Source: Andalucia godoyi And28 (Eukaryota > Protista > Jakobida). From it: a stretch of 64,000 nt of DNA. The notes below the pieces were generated by a model. The model had not been told where the DNA came from. It was given only the letters and a program-made list of their open reading frames with translations, and ran no database searches. Where the stretch lies: assembly GCA_009859145.1 (NCBI GenBank), contig VRVR01000053.1, positions 124,001-188,000 of the forward strand, written 5' to 3'. Each line of letters opens with the position of its first letter. Position 1 is the stretch's first letter. Both the position numbers and the translations under genes were made by a program. Shown here piece after piece: positions 1-8,941 of this stretch.

Positions 1-453
1 AATCTGATTTCTGTTCTTGAACAAATCGTCTTCCATTCTCGTGGCGAGTTCTTTGGAGATGAGCGATGAAACATATGCACGCTGGGCGGACATGACCTCT
101 TGCGCCATTGATTTCCGATGATGTTCCAGCATGGTGTCTAAATCCTCGAAAAAGAGAGGTTCCGAAGTGCCCCCTCTCGGCCCAACAGGCGCCAGACGGT
201 CATCCTGCTCAACATCAATGCCGGAGCCAGCCTCACCACCACCACCTCCAGAAAGATCCTTACGAGCTTGGAGTCCTGTACCGGCATACGAATACAACGA
301 GTGTGCAAGATGAGAAGGATTGAATGCATTGGCCGCCAGTAAAATGGATCCTTCGTGCGACTGCGAGTAGTCTGTCACAGCAGCCGATGCATGGGGTAGT
401 CGCTTAGCACGAGATGCTAGCTGCGAGAGCGAGTGTGGAGGAGGAACAAACAT
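1..453 (-). CDS. NUP93: Nucleoporin Nup93/Nic96, N-terminal part (runs off window start; not in ORF track)
   Basis: Manual translation gives an open minus frame from ATG at 453 to base 1: MFVPPPHSLSQLASRAKRL...EGSILLAANAFNPSHLAHSL...EPLFFEDLDTMLEHHRKSMAQEV...MEDDLFKNRNQI. This resembles the Nup93 N-terminus (ASVLLGSRGLD.../EP...DIQGFLKNE...EW...KQRIL). It is preceded by a CTGCAG acceptor-like site, so an upstream exon is possible. Confidence 0.65.
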   Translation of the reverse strand, partial: MFVPPPHSLSQLASRAKRLPHASAAVTDYSQSHEGSILLAANAFNPSHLAHSLYSYAGTGLQARKDLSGGGGGEAGSGIDVEQDDRLAPVGPRGGTSEPLFFEDLDTMLEHHRKSMAQEVMSAQRAYVSSLISKELATRMEDDLFKNRNQI

Positions 454-732
454 CTGCAGCCAGCAACCAGCAACCAACAACCAACAACCAAAAATAAAGT
501 CTAAAACAAAAACAAAAGGAAACACGCTTCGTATCCAATGTTCCGCAGCCCTCGAGGTCCCAAAGCAGTGCGACAGTGTTGCCTCAAGTGAGACCAAAAT
601 GCAGAGGCTGCATTGAGATGGGCGATTCTCCTTTCTATCCACACTCCATTTTCGTCCTTATGAACGCACGTCTTTTTGCTACAATTGTTTTCGTTTCTCA
701 TAGTATTTTATCGTGTTTGTGCATTTAGAGAC

Positions 733-2898
733 ATGAACGGGGTTGCATCATCATCATCATTGTCGTCATCGTCATCGTCGTCAGTGAGCGCGGGTCGAAC
801 TCTCGTTGCGTCTCTTCCAGTCACGGTGCATGATGCGAACTCGTCTTCGCAGCTGCTTCTTGTCCAGTCTCTGCTGCGTCCTCCAACACGGCCGTATGAT
901 CTGACACGAGTTCGCAGAGTGGCGCTTAAGCCTCGACATGGGCGCATTGAACTGGAAATTGCACACGACCCAGAATCGAATACAATGGATGTCAGCGCGG
1001 GGTTTGCAGACTCGTTCCGCCTCGCAGGCTCCTTCTCTGCTCCGTTTTCCAATCCGTATGCGTCGTCTTCCATCAACTTACCTTCTTCCCATGCTCCGGT
1101 ATCGAGCGTGCCATGCATGCTGGCAGTTGGAGTTGTTCGGCAAGGGAATTTGCACATGGTTCCTGTTTCGGCCATTGCGCAATTGAAGCCATCATTCAAG
1201 AATCTCCCAGTTCACGCAGGCGCAGAATATGGAGTTGTGGTGCGCGATACTACCGAAGATGATCTTGCAATGGATGATGCAGACGATGTCGACGAAGATG
1301 ACCAAATGACAATGCTGAATCAATCAGCTTCTGGCGCGGGCGATGAGGGTGTGCCGGTGGTGGTTACTGTGCAAAAGCGAGAAACGGAGAGGCAGCAGGC
1401 CGCTCGACAACGATCTTGGGCGTACATGGCTGAGAGAGAAGCAGCGGAAAGATGGGTCGACTGTTCGTTGTCAAGGTCTCCAGTGTTTCCCTTGGAAGAT
1501 GTCGTTGCATCGGAGGATGTATCAATGGAAGATGCACAAGGAGCCTCTTCCTCAAATGGTCTTCGTAGACCGAGTTCTGTGTCTTCCTCAAATTTACGCA
1601 CAATGCTGCTACTGTCAAGTCCTTCGGATGCCCTGCCCTCTGTTGAATCTGTATTGCGACAGTCGTACTGTTGCGCGCTTCCTCAACTGGTTTCTTCGCT
1701 GCGATTGAACGTCCCTGCTAGCGGTGGTGCAGCGATTTCGCTGGATATGTTGCCAACGAACATCAGAACCCAGTTGGACAGAGTTGCAGTGTACTCACGA
1801 GGACTCTGGTTTTTGAGGTCGGACATGTTGTTTGAAAAGGATTCCCGGCGCGAACTCTCTCGAGACCTCATTCTCGGCTGTTTGCATCACGATCATCCTG
1901 GCCAGGCCCCGCCAACCTCCATTGCGAGCAATGTACCCCTTTCCGCTCTCTCCGCGAAAATTAATTCGGATTATTGGATTGGGATTCGGGCCGTTGATGA
2001 CAAGACTGTTGTAGACATGAGCAGCAATTTGCTTCCGCCGTCCCTCACCATTGCATCCATCAGCGCAAGATCGAATCTTGCGTTGCAGCTTGTGGAGGAA
2101 ATATTTACGCAGTTGTTCTCACGACGAGGAGTGAAGTGGTTCTTGAAAGCACTTCCGTATTTTCTGAATGACGAACATGCACGCGCTTCTGTGTTTTGGG
2201 AAAAGCGACGAAGCGTATGCGAGAAGCTTCTGGCAACCGATGAGCCTCAGCGTCGAGTGCGTGAAAGAGCCCGCGAGAAGATGCCCGGCGGGCCCCTTCG
2301 TGTCAATGTGAATTTGGGTTCTGGATCGTCCTTGTCCAACAGCACTCCTTCTGGATCACTTTCTTCGAGCTTCCTGTCAAACGGCACGTCCTCTGCTGCA
2401 ACTTCGCTGCCTTCTGCTAGAAAGGGATCTGCGACCGCTGCTGCTGCTGCTGCTGCTGCGGCAGCGTCAGCATCCGGGGGTTCGGTAATCCCTGAGCTCT
2501 CCAAGTTCTTGATCGACTTATTTTCGCAGCACGGTGTTCTCTCCGTCGCTTCCGTTCGTGCCGCCATCAATCTGCACAAGGCACAACTACCGCCCTCTGA
2601 CCCGCTTGTGTCGCTTTCCGAGTCGGATTTTGCAGCAACGATGGAGAGCGTGTGCCGTCCGTTTACATCGGTTTCTGTTCGCATCCTCAAATCCGTCGGC
2701 GATCCCTCTGTCGACGAGTTCCGCGATGCAATTGTCGGCCTGCTGCAGGAACGAGGAAAGCTGAAGAAGACGGAAATTCTTGACGGCGTCAGGGAACGAA
2801 CCGGCAGGGAGGTTTCCCAGGCCGTGTATTCCCGAGTCCTCAAAGAAGTTGCTGAACGCCAGGGAATCGCATGGGCTCCAAAAGTAGGAAGCTCGTAG
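733..2898 (+). CDS. POLR3E: RNA polymerase III subunit RPC5/Rpc37 (Sin-like)
   Basis: Motifs LLLVQSLLRPPTRPYD...LKPRHGRIELEIAHD, AVGVVRQGNLHMVPVSAIAQLKPSF and RETERQQAARQRSWAYM...ERW match the RPC5 N-terminal domain. First ATG is at 733. Confidence 0.85.
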   Translation: MNGVASSSSLSSSSSSSVSAGRTLVASLPVTVHDANSSSQLLLVQSLLRPPTRPYDLTRVRRVALKPRHGRIELEIAHDPESNTMDVSAGFADSFRLAGSFSAPFSNPYASSSINLPSSHAPVSSVPCMLAVGVVRQGNLHMVPVSAIAQLKPSFKNLPVHAGAEYGVVVRDTTEDDLAMDDADDVDEDDQMTMLNQSASGAGDEGVPVVVTVQKRETERQQAARQRSWAYMAEREAAERWVDCSLSRSPVFPLEDVVASEDVSMEDAQGASSSNGLRRPSSVSSSNLRTMLLLSSPSDALPSVESVLRQSYCCALPQLVSSLRLNVPASGGAAISLDMLPTNIRTQLDRVAVYSRGLWFLRSDMLFEKDSRRELSRDLILGCLHHDHPGQAPPTSIASNVPLSALSAKINSDYWIGIRAVDDKTVVDMSSNLLPPSLTIASISARSNLALQLVEEIFTQLFSRRGVKWFLKALPYFLNDEHARASVFWEKRRSVCEKLLATDEPQRRVRERAREKMPGGPLRVNVNLGSGSSLSNSTPSGSLSSSFLSNGTSSAATSLPSARKGSATAAAAAAAAAASASGGSVIPELSKFLIDLFSQHGVLSVASVRAAINLHKAQLPPSDPLVSLSESDFAATMESVCRPFTSVSVRILKSVGDPSVDEFRDAIVGLLQERGKLKKTEILDGVRERTGREVSQAVYSRVLKEVAERQGIAWAPKVGSS

Positions 2899-3475
2899 GA
2901 TCATCGTATTGTAGATAGGTACTGAGCGTGTCCACACAGTTGTATTCTTGGACGTCCAATCCGTACTATAGATAGAGATCCTTCCGTAACGGATCGTGTT
3001 CTCGTGGACGTCTGATCACGATCATTTCATAAACAACTCTAGTGTACATTCCTTGCGATACGTCCGCCATCTTGGCACCAAAGCATGAATCATTATTGGC
3101 CATCATCGGGTAAGTTGTCACCGGAGACAGACCCAAGCCGCTCGTTTTTTGTTTTTTATTTATTTGGGGGCGAGCACCCACTCTTCAATGCAAATTGTTC
3201 TGCATCAATGGGGTCATCGCTTCTTCTTGCTCTCCGCCTCCGACGAGAGCGAATCAACGGGTTTCTTTGTTCTCGGTATCTCCGGGCATGGCCGGTTTGA
3301 GTTTATTGGGAAGATCCCCTCTTTGGAGCCATAAGATGTTTTGGGTTCAGATAAACAAACTTCCGGTATGATAATATCTGATGTTCACATACACCGTTGG
3401 AAGACATATTAATTTTTAAAATAGAAAAAAGAACCAAATGAGATGCAAAATTCGGAATCCCGTTTAATTAAGAAA

Positions 3476-4108
3476 ATGCATCTCGAAGCGAGCGTGGTTA
3501 AAGCCAAAACACTTTGATATCTCTTCCATGACGCTCAGAAGATGACGGGGCTTCCTCTGGAAACATCGAGTAAATCGTGGACGCCTCTACTCCATCGAAT
3601 CCATCCGAAAGTACCTCGCAAGCCGCTCCGTCACCATTGCCACGGAAAAAAAGAATGCAAAGAGAAGACGATCTGTTGCGCGAGAGTTCTCCAGCGATTA
3701 TCAACGGCCTGATCTCGAAACGACATGTCCAAGACCCTTCAAACGACAATATCGCGTCCGGGATCAGCTTCAACTGCCCCATCTTAAAGACGATGCCGTA
3801 GCGGAAACGTCGAAGAAGCTGTGGTTGTCCACAAAGACCGTGTCGCTCGGATTCGGATTCGATGTTCTCGGCTGGATTTTCCCAGACGTTTGCTGTTCGA
3901 CTCCGATCATTCACACGGACACGACGAGCAACGTCGACCCCGGTTGTCGCACCTTCTTGACAGGATACGACGTTTTCGCCAGCATCTGACAACCAAAGCT
4001 GCTGAATACGAAGATGTTGTAGTCCACGACGAAGCAACTGAAGAGCACAAACACTGTGGAGTTCGAAATGGATCGAGATTGACTTTGCTTCTCGAAATGC
4101 ATGTTTGA
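3476..4108 (+). pseudogene. IS607-family serine recombinase (TnpA) relic, multiply frameshifted
   Basis: Pieces in order across three frames: WLKPKHFDISSMTLRR*(TGA where W is expected) / RLYSIESIRKYL (MerR-like HTH); ICCARV + SSDYQRPDLE + RHVQD (cf. YARVSSxxQxxDLERQ); DNIASGISF..LKTM (cf. DIASGINF); GNVEEAVVVHKDRVAR + FGFDVLGWIF (cf. VVVxHKDRLARFGF); DVFAS..KAAEY. Confidence 0.85.
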
Positions 4109-4290
4109 AGCATTATTCAATCATATTGAGGGCTTTCTCCTGTGGGGAGTTGTACGCATAAATCGCATGAAAGCGACGTGAGTGTTGCCAGTACTGATCA
4201 ACACTGATTGGTATTGAAGCGAGGCGTATTTTTTGACGCGTGTATTGCCGACGAACCCACCGATTGGATTTCTCCGATTCTGGATTTTTA
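3476..4290 (+). mobile_element. Decayed IS607-like element (TnpA plus possible start of TnpB/Fanzor2)
   Basis: TnpA relic as above. Downstream sequence has weak TnpB REC-like pieces (KQLKSTNTV..., LKRGVFFDACIA). Element ends are not identified. Confidence 0.6.
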
Positions 4291-4404
4291 GGTACTAATT
4301 TGCTTATTTCTCACCTCTTTCTTCTCTTCTTTCTTCTCTGCATCATTTCCTTTTTTGCTGCTTTCAGAAGCAGTTTTGTATTGCCCTATCACTGATTTAG
4401 ATTG

Positions 4405-5604
4405 ATGAGTGGAGAAGATCAAAGCCAAAGGAGCCAAAGGAGCCAAAGGAGCGAAAGCAGCCAAAGTCAGGATCAGAGAGACAACCAGAGTGCACCGGAC
4501 ATGAGTACTGTTCCCGAACACTGTCCTGGGCCGTCGTCCGAGACTGCCGGCCAGACGTCTGCGTGTGCCGGTTGTCCGAACCAGTCTTTGTGTGCATCTG
4601 GGGCAGTTCGACAGCCGAAAGACGACCCTGACATCCCGATTATCCGTCACAGAATGTCGTCCGTGAAGCATCGTGTTCTTGTCATGAGTGGGAAAGGCGG
4701 CGTAGGAAAATCGACTCTGTCAACGCAACTTTCTTTGTGGCTTGCGCTGCTTCCGGCATCCCAGCTAGGAGCGATCCTGGCCGGACAGTCTGCATCGACA
4801 CCGGTATCGTCCGCGGTGGGCGGAAATTGGTGGGAGTCTTACGAGGCTCTCGCGGACTCTGAGAAAGTCCAGGTCGGTCTCTGTGATCTGGATATTTGCG
4901 GGCCCTCCATACCCACGATGCTTCGTTTGCCCCCCAATCCTTCTGTGCATGCGTCCAATGCGGGCGTCACCCCGATTTATCCCACAATCCCGGTTTCCTT
5001 GGACGATGCGCACGATGCGACGGATGTTTATCTGGATAATCTGGCAGTAATGTCGATTGGAGCACTACTTCCTTCCGAGTCCACTGCCGTCATTTGGAGA
5101 GGAGACCGCAAGTCAGCCATGGTGCGCACGTTTCTGCGCGATGTGGACTGGGGCGACTTGGACTTTTTGTTTATTGACACCCCGCCCGGAACATCGGATG
5201 AGCACATCACGGTGTCCACCACCCTTCGCGATGTTGGCGCACTCGACGGCGCGCTGCTTGTTACAACACCACAGGCAGTTGCATGTGCGGATGTGCGGAG
5301 GCAGATATCGTTTTGCAAGAAAGTCGGTATTCCGATTCTTGGAATTGTCGAGAACATGTCTGGATACGTCTGCAAAAAGTGCAAAACCGAGACCGCCATT
5401 TTTCGAGCCTCCGAAGGTGGCGGGGAAGCACTCGCCATTGAGTTTGGCATTCCATTTCTGGGGCGCATTCCTCTCGATGGAAACGTTGTTCGAGCGGGAG
5501 ATGCCGGAGTGCCGCTTCCAGACGGCATTGTTGCCCGTGCTCTGCACAGCGTCGGATGCAATCTACTGCACCAAATCGCTGCTCACCAGGTTGCGAGTGC
5601 CTGA
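4405..5604 (+). CDS. NBP35: Cytosolic Fe-S cluster assembly factor Nbp35/NUBP1
   Basis: N-terminal Fe-S motif PEHCPGPSSETAGQTSACAGCPNQSLC, deviant P-loop SGKGGVGKS, DLDICGPSIP, DTPPGTSDEH and C-terminal CKKC. Confidence 0.95.
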   Translation: MSGEDQSQRSQRSQRSESSQSQDQRDNQSAPDMSTVPEHCPGPSSETAGQTSACAGCPNQSLCASGAVRQPKDDPDIPIIRHRMSSVKHRVLVMSGKGGVGKSTLSTQLSLWLALLPASQLGAILAGQSASTPVSSAVGGNWWESYEALADSEKVQVGLCDLDICGPSIPTMLRLPPNPSVHASNAGVTPIYPTIPVSLDDAHDATDVYLDNLAVMSIGALLPSESTAVIWRGDRKSAMVRTFLRDVDWGDLDFLFIDTPPGTSDEHITVSTTLRDVGALDGALLVTTPQAVACADVRRQISFCKKVGIPILGIVENMSGYVCKKCKTETAIFRASEGGGEALAIEFGIPFLGRIPLDGNVVRAGDAGVPLPDGIVARALHSVGCNLLHQIAAHQVASA

Positions 5605-5976
5605 CCGACGCTGTGTTCGGCCCCTCCCCTCTCCCCCTTCTCCTTTGTCTGTCTTGTAAAGTATTATTATTGGTGCTTTTACAGCCCCTCCAAAGCAAAC
5701 AAACGTGTGCTTTCCTCATTCGTCTCCCCAGCAGCTGTACTATCGTATTTTGGCCATCTCCCTCCTCTGATCCGCAGTTCCTGCTGTACAGCCCATGCTC
5801 ATAGCGACTGTTGCACACACCGCACGAAAATCTGGAGTTATATTAGTACCAATGTTTGATTATTTGAGTTATGTTACTCGTTGCGATTATTGCGATTATT
5901 GCGATCTTTACCTCTTTTTCCCCAATCACGATCCCTATTCCCCACCTTCGTCCGTCTTTTGTTTTTTCGTCTTGGA

Positions 5977-6945
5977 ATGTCGGTGGAGATCAAGCTGAAG
6001 CGACCTGACCGGACGCATGTGCCGGGAGACATTATGAAGGGGGTTGTCGTTGTGACGTCTCCGAAGGGCACGTTGTCGCACCAGGGACTGACCGTGACGG
6101 TGTTTGGGCAGTGCAATGTGCAGCTTCAGCCGGCGAAGACGATGGGTGTGTCTGACATTGTGCTGACGCCTCTGCGACCCATAACACTGATTAAGTCCAT
6201 AACGACGATCGTTCCTCCGAATGCGGAAAAGTTTCCTGAAGGCCGCACGGAAGTTCCGTTTGCGATTCCGTTTGCTATGCCTTCCGAGAGCCATCTTAGA
6301 CCGCATGTTGAGGAGTTTGACTTTCTCGAGTCGTACCACGGAGTGCTCATTTCCACCGTGTACACAATCACAGCCGAGCTTGCGCGAGGCACCTTTTCGA
6401 AAAACATTTCCAAAGAAGTGGAGTTTTTTGTGCAGGTTCCGAAACTTGTTGAGCGTGGTTCGCAGGCTGCAGCTGCCTTGCTGCGTCCCGTGGAAATCAA
6501 TCTGTCGAAAGATGACATCAAGACGGTGAAGCTGAACAGGGGATCTGCGATGCTGCCCAGCTTTGTCATTTCTGGACATTTGAACTCGGCGATCTGCAAT
6601 CTTAATGGATCGGGGACACTTGATGGCGAGCTGACAGTTGTCGAGTGCGATGCGATCTTGAGATCGATTGAGTTGCAGCTGGTCCGTGTAGAGTCGCTGA
6701 TTACTGGCGAGAGTGCGCCGGCAAGAGAAGCCACGGAAATCCAGAACATCCAGCTGGTGGACGGAGACCTGCCAAGGGGTATTGCTGTGCCCATATACAT
6801 GGTGTTTCCAAGACTTTTCACTTGTCCAAGCATGAAGACAAGGCAGTACGGTATCGAGTTTGAGATTAACCTCGTTGTCCAGTTTATGGGCGGACTTCAA
6901 ATTACCGAGAACATCCCTATCAAGCTGTACCGCGCTGTCCAATAG
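5977..6945 (+). CDS. VPS26C: Retriever subunit VPS26C (DSCR3), arrestin fold
   Basis: GVVVVTSPKGTLSHQGL, ESYHGVLISTVY, SIELQLVRVES, EATEIQNIQLVDGD and FPRLFTCP motifs. ATG at 5977. Confidence 0.92.
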   Translation: MSVEIKLKRPDRTHVPGDIMKGVVVVTSPKGTLSHQGLTVTVFGQCNVQLQPAKTMGVSDIVLTPLRPITLIKSITTIVPPNAEKFPEGRTEVPFAIPFAMPSESHLRPHVEEFDFLESYHGVLISTVYTITAELARGTFSKNISKEVEFFVQVPKLVERGSQAAAALLRPVEINLSKDDIKTVKLNRGSAMLPSFVISGHLNSAICNLNGSGTLDGELTVVECDAILRSIELQLVRVESLITGESAPAREATEIQNIQLVDGDLPRGIAVPIYMVFPRLFTCPSMKTRQYGIEFEINLVVQFMGGLQITENIPIKLYRAVQ

Positions 6946-7609
6946 CCTCCCTTCCATGATTTTTTTCTTCTCCCCCTATTTTTCTCCCCCTTTCCCCTTC
7001 CCCTTCACCTTCCCCTCCCCCGTCCCCTTCCCCGTCCCCTTCATCTTCATCTTCATCTTCATCTTCATCTTCCTCTTGTTTTTTCTGCGTTGCTGCCCCG
7101 TTTCCCGCTTCCTGTTGGATGTCGGCTCGCAATTTTACGAAGTCCCGACGGTTGTTGTGCTCCGTCCGCTCCTTCCCCCACAACTGTAATCGCCAAGCTT
7201 TTCAGAATGAAATGAAATATGATCAATCCCTCCCTTTTTCTCTCCATCTCATCCATTCCCGCCTCCAATCCGTCCAGTCCATCCAGCATCCCGACTCCAG
7301 TCCACTCCACTCCGCGCTCGTACTCAGTCCACACCCCAGCCGGGAACAACCCCCCTCCTCCTCCTTATCATCAATTGATGCTGTCCTCCGCAGCGCCCAC
7401 TTGGACTTCAAAAAGAAAACTCACTTCATTCCTCTCTTCCACGTTTGCCACTATGCAGGATTATCGTTGTCTCAAAACTGCATCCCGGTTGCGTTAAACT
7501 CGCTCTGCTGTGTCGTTGTGTCTTGGTGAAATTTGTAGAGTTTAGGAGGGGGAAAAAGGAGCCAGCAGTTCGTAAGAAGAAGCAGAAAGCGAGTAATCAC
7601 GGAACAGAG

Positions 7610-8719
7610 ATGGGTGTGGATGAAGAAGTGGCACAGTATCGCCGAGATACCGAGTCGCTGAGTGCGTCGTTTCACGAGTATTTGTCGACACTAGCAAAGT
7701 GCGAGTCACTGGAATCGAAGCTTGCCAAGCAGCTGAAAACGCATCGAAAAGCACTTGGGAATGTGTCCAAGAGCGCACCACCAACGCTGTTTCCGCAGAC
7801 GGAGGCGGAGGCTGGGAAAGAGCTCGATGTGAAGGTTGGAAACATGCTCCCGAAGCCCGGTGACTACTTTCTACGCTTGTTCTTTGGCGGATCTATTTCG
7901 GTGATCTTTTCGTCCAAGGAACGGAAGCTGGGTTTCAAGTCTGAGTATGAGCGATTCAAGCAGAAGATGAACTACATTGCAATGTTTTTCTGCGTGATTC
8001 TGCTAGCGTCGACAGAAACTCGATTTCTGGACGTGCTGTTCCAGCTGTTCGCAGTGTACTACTATACGACTTTGGTTCTGCGTGAGCTCATTCTCAGGGC
8101 AAATGGGACGGATCTCAAGCCTTGGTGGATTGCGCATCATTACGTGTCTATTGCAGCGACGACGTTCTTCCTGACTTGGCCAGATACTGCAGCGTATCGT
8201 GAGTTCCGAAAGACGTTCTTCGTGTACGCTTTCTGCACGGCACTTGTCCAGGTTCTCCAGACCGCCTACCAACTTGCAAGGCTGTATCCACGACGCGTGC
8301 TGGGAAAATCACAGATGGAAACTGCGTGGGGCGAACTGCCGTTGTTCTTCTCTCGGCGGGGCTTGGTGTTTCTTGTGCCGTGTCTGCTGGCAATGTATTC
8401 ATTCCAGTACTTCTTATCCTACGCATTATTCCTGCAATGGTGGGTAGAAGGAGCAGAGTGGCAGACAGTAGCCCTGGCGCTGTCGTTTGCAGTCGCTGCA
8501 ACGGGAAACTGCGTTACTCTGTTCCTCATCTTGACGAGAAAACTACTCAATTCTCGCAAGCATGTCAAGGCTCTTTTGGAAGATCCAAATCAGAGAGTCG
8601 GTTCTGTCCTCGAGTCGCCGAAGCTGTCTAGCGATCCGGTTGCATCCACCATTAGGCCCTCTTCCTCGTCCTCCTTGTCGTCGTCGTCTTCTGGGCAGAT
8701 TGTATCATCAAGCTCATGA
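7610..8719 (+). CDS. TMEM120: TMEM120/TACAN (TMPIT) family membrane protein
   Basis: N-terminal coiled coil; LPKPGDYFLRLFFGG; FKSEYERFK; YYYTTLVLRELILRANG; WWIAHHYVS; followed by several TM helices. Confidence 0.92.
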   Translation: MGVDEEVAQYRRDTESLSASFHEYLSTLAKCESLESKLAKQLKTHRKALGNVSKSAPPTLFPQTEAEAGKELDVKVGNMLPKPGDYFLRLFFGGSISVIFSSKERKLGFKSEYERFKQKMNYIAMFFCVILLASTETRFLDVLFQLFAVYYYTTLVLRELILRANGTDLKPWWIAHHYVSIAATTFFLTWPDTAAYREFRKTFFVYAFCTALVQVLQTAYQLARLYPRRVLGKSQMETAWGELPLFFSRRGLVFLVPCLLAMYSFQYFLSYALFLQWWVEGAEWQTVALALSFAVAATGNCVTLFLILTRKLLNSRKHVKALLEDPNQRVGSVLESPKLSSDPVASTIRPSSSSSLSSSSSGQIVSSSS

Positions 8720-8941
8720 AGAGGTGGCGGGGCATGCTCAATGTGTACTTTAATGATGTGTATGTGTGCGCCACGTGTGTGTGCCGTGTGAAAAACAGGA
8801 AAACACCCCTCCCCCCCCGCCCCAAGAAAATGTGCATTTGTTTTGCTTGCATGATCGACCTATTCCACTGATAAAAGGAAACAAAATCCGAATTAAAAAC
8901 AGCAACTTGTGTTTATTGTTCTAGAATTGGATTTTTTTTTT

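Noticed and set aside
2990-3040. GATCATTTC as U3 snoRNA box A
   Set aside because: The surrounding U3 5' sequence and boxes B, C and D were not found.
3543-3545. In-frame TGA as selenocysteine or genetic-code reassignment
   Set aside because: It sits where Trp is expected (TLRRW) in a frameshift-riddled relic. TGA, TAA and TAG all terminate intact genes in this window.
3498-4037. 179-aa minus-strand ORF as a real gene
   Set aside because: It has no ATG start and no recognisable family, and it is the antisense shadow of the plus-strand TnpA relic.
7060-7500. Short ORFs between VPS26C and TMEM120
   Set aside because: Low-complexity pyrimidine-rich sequence with no recognisable protein or RNA signature.
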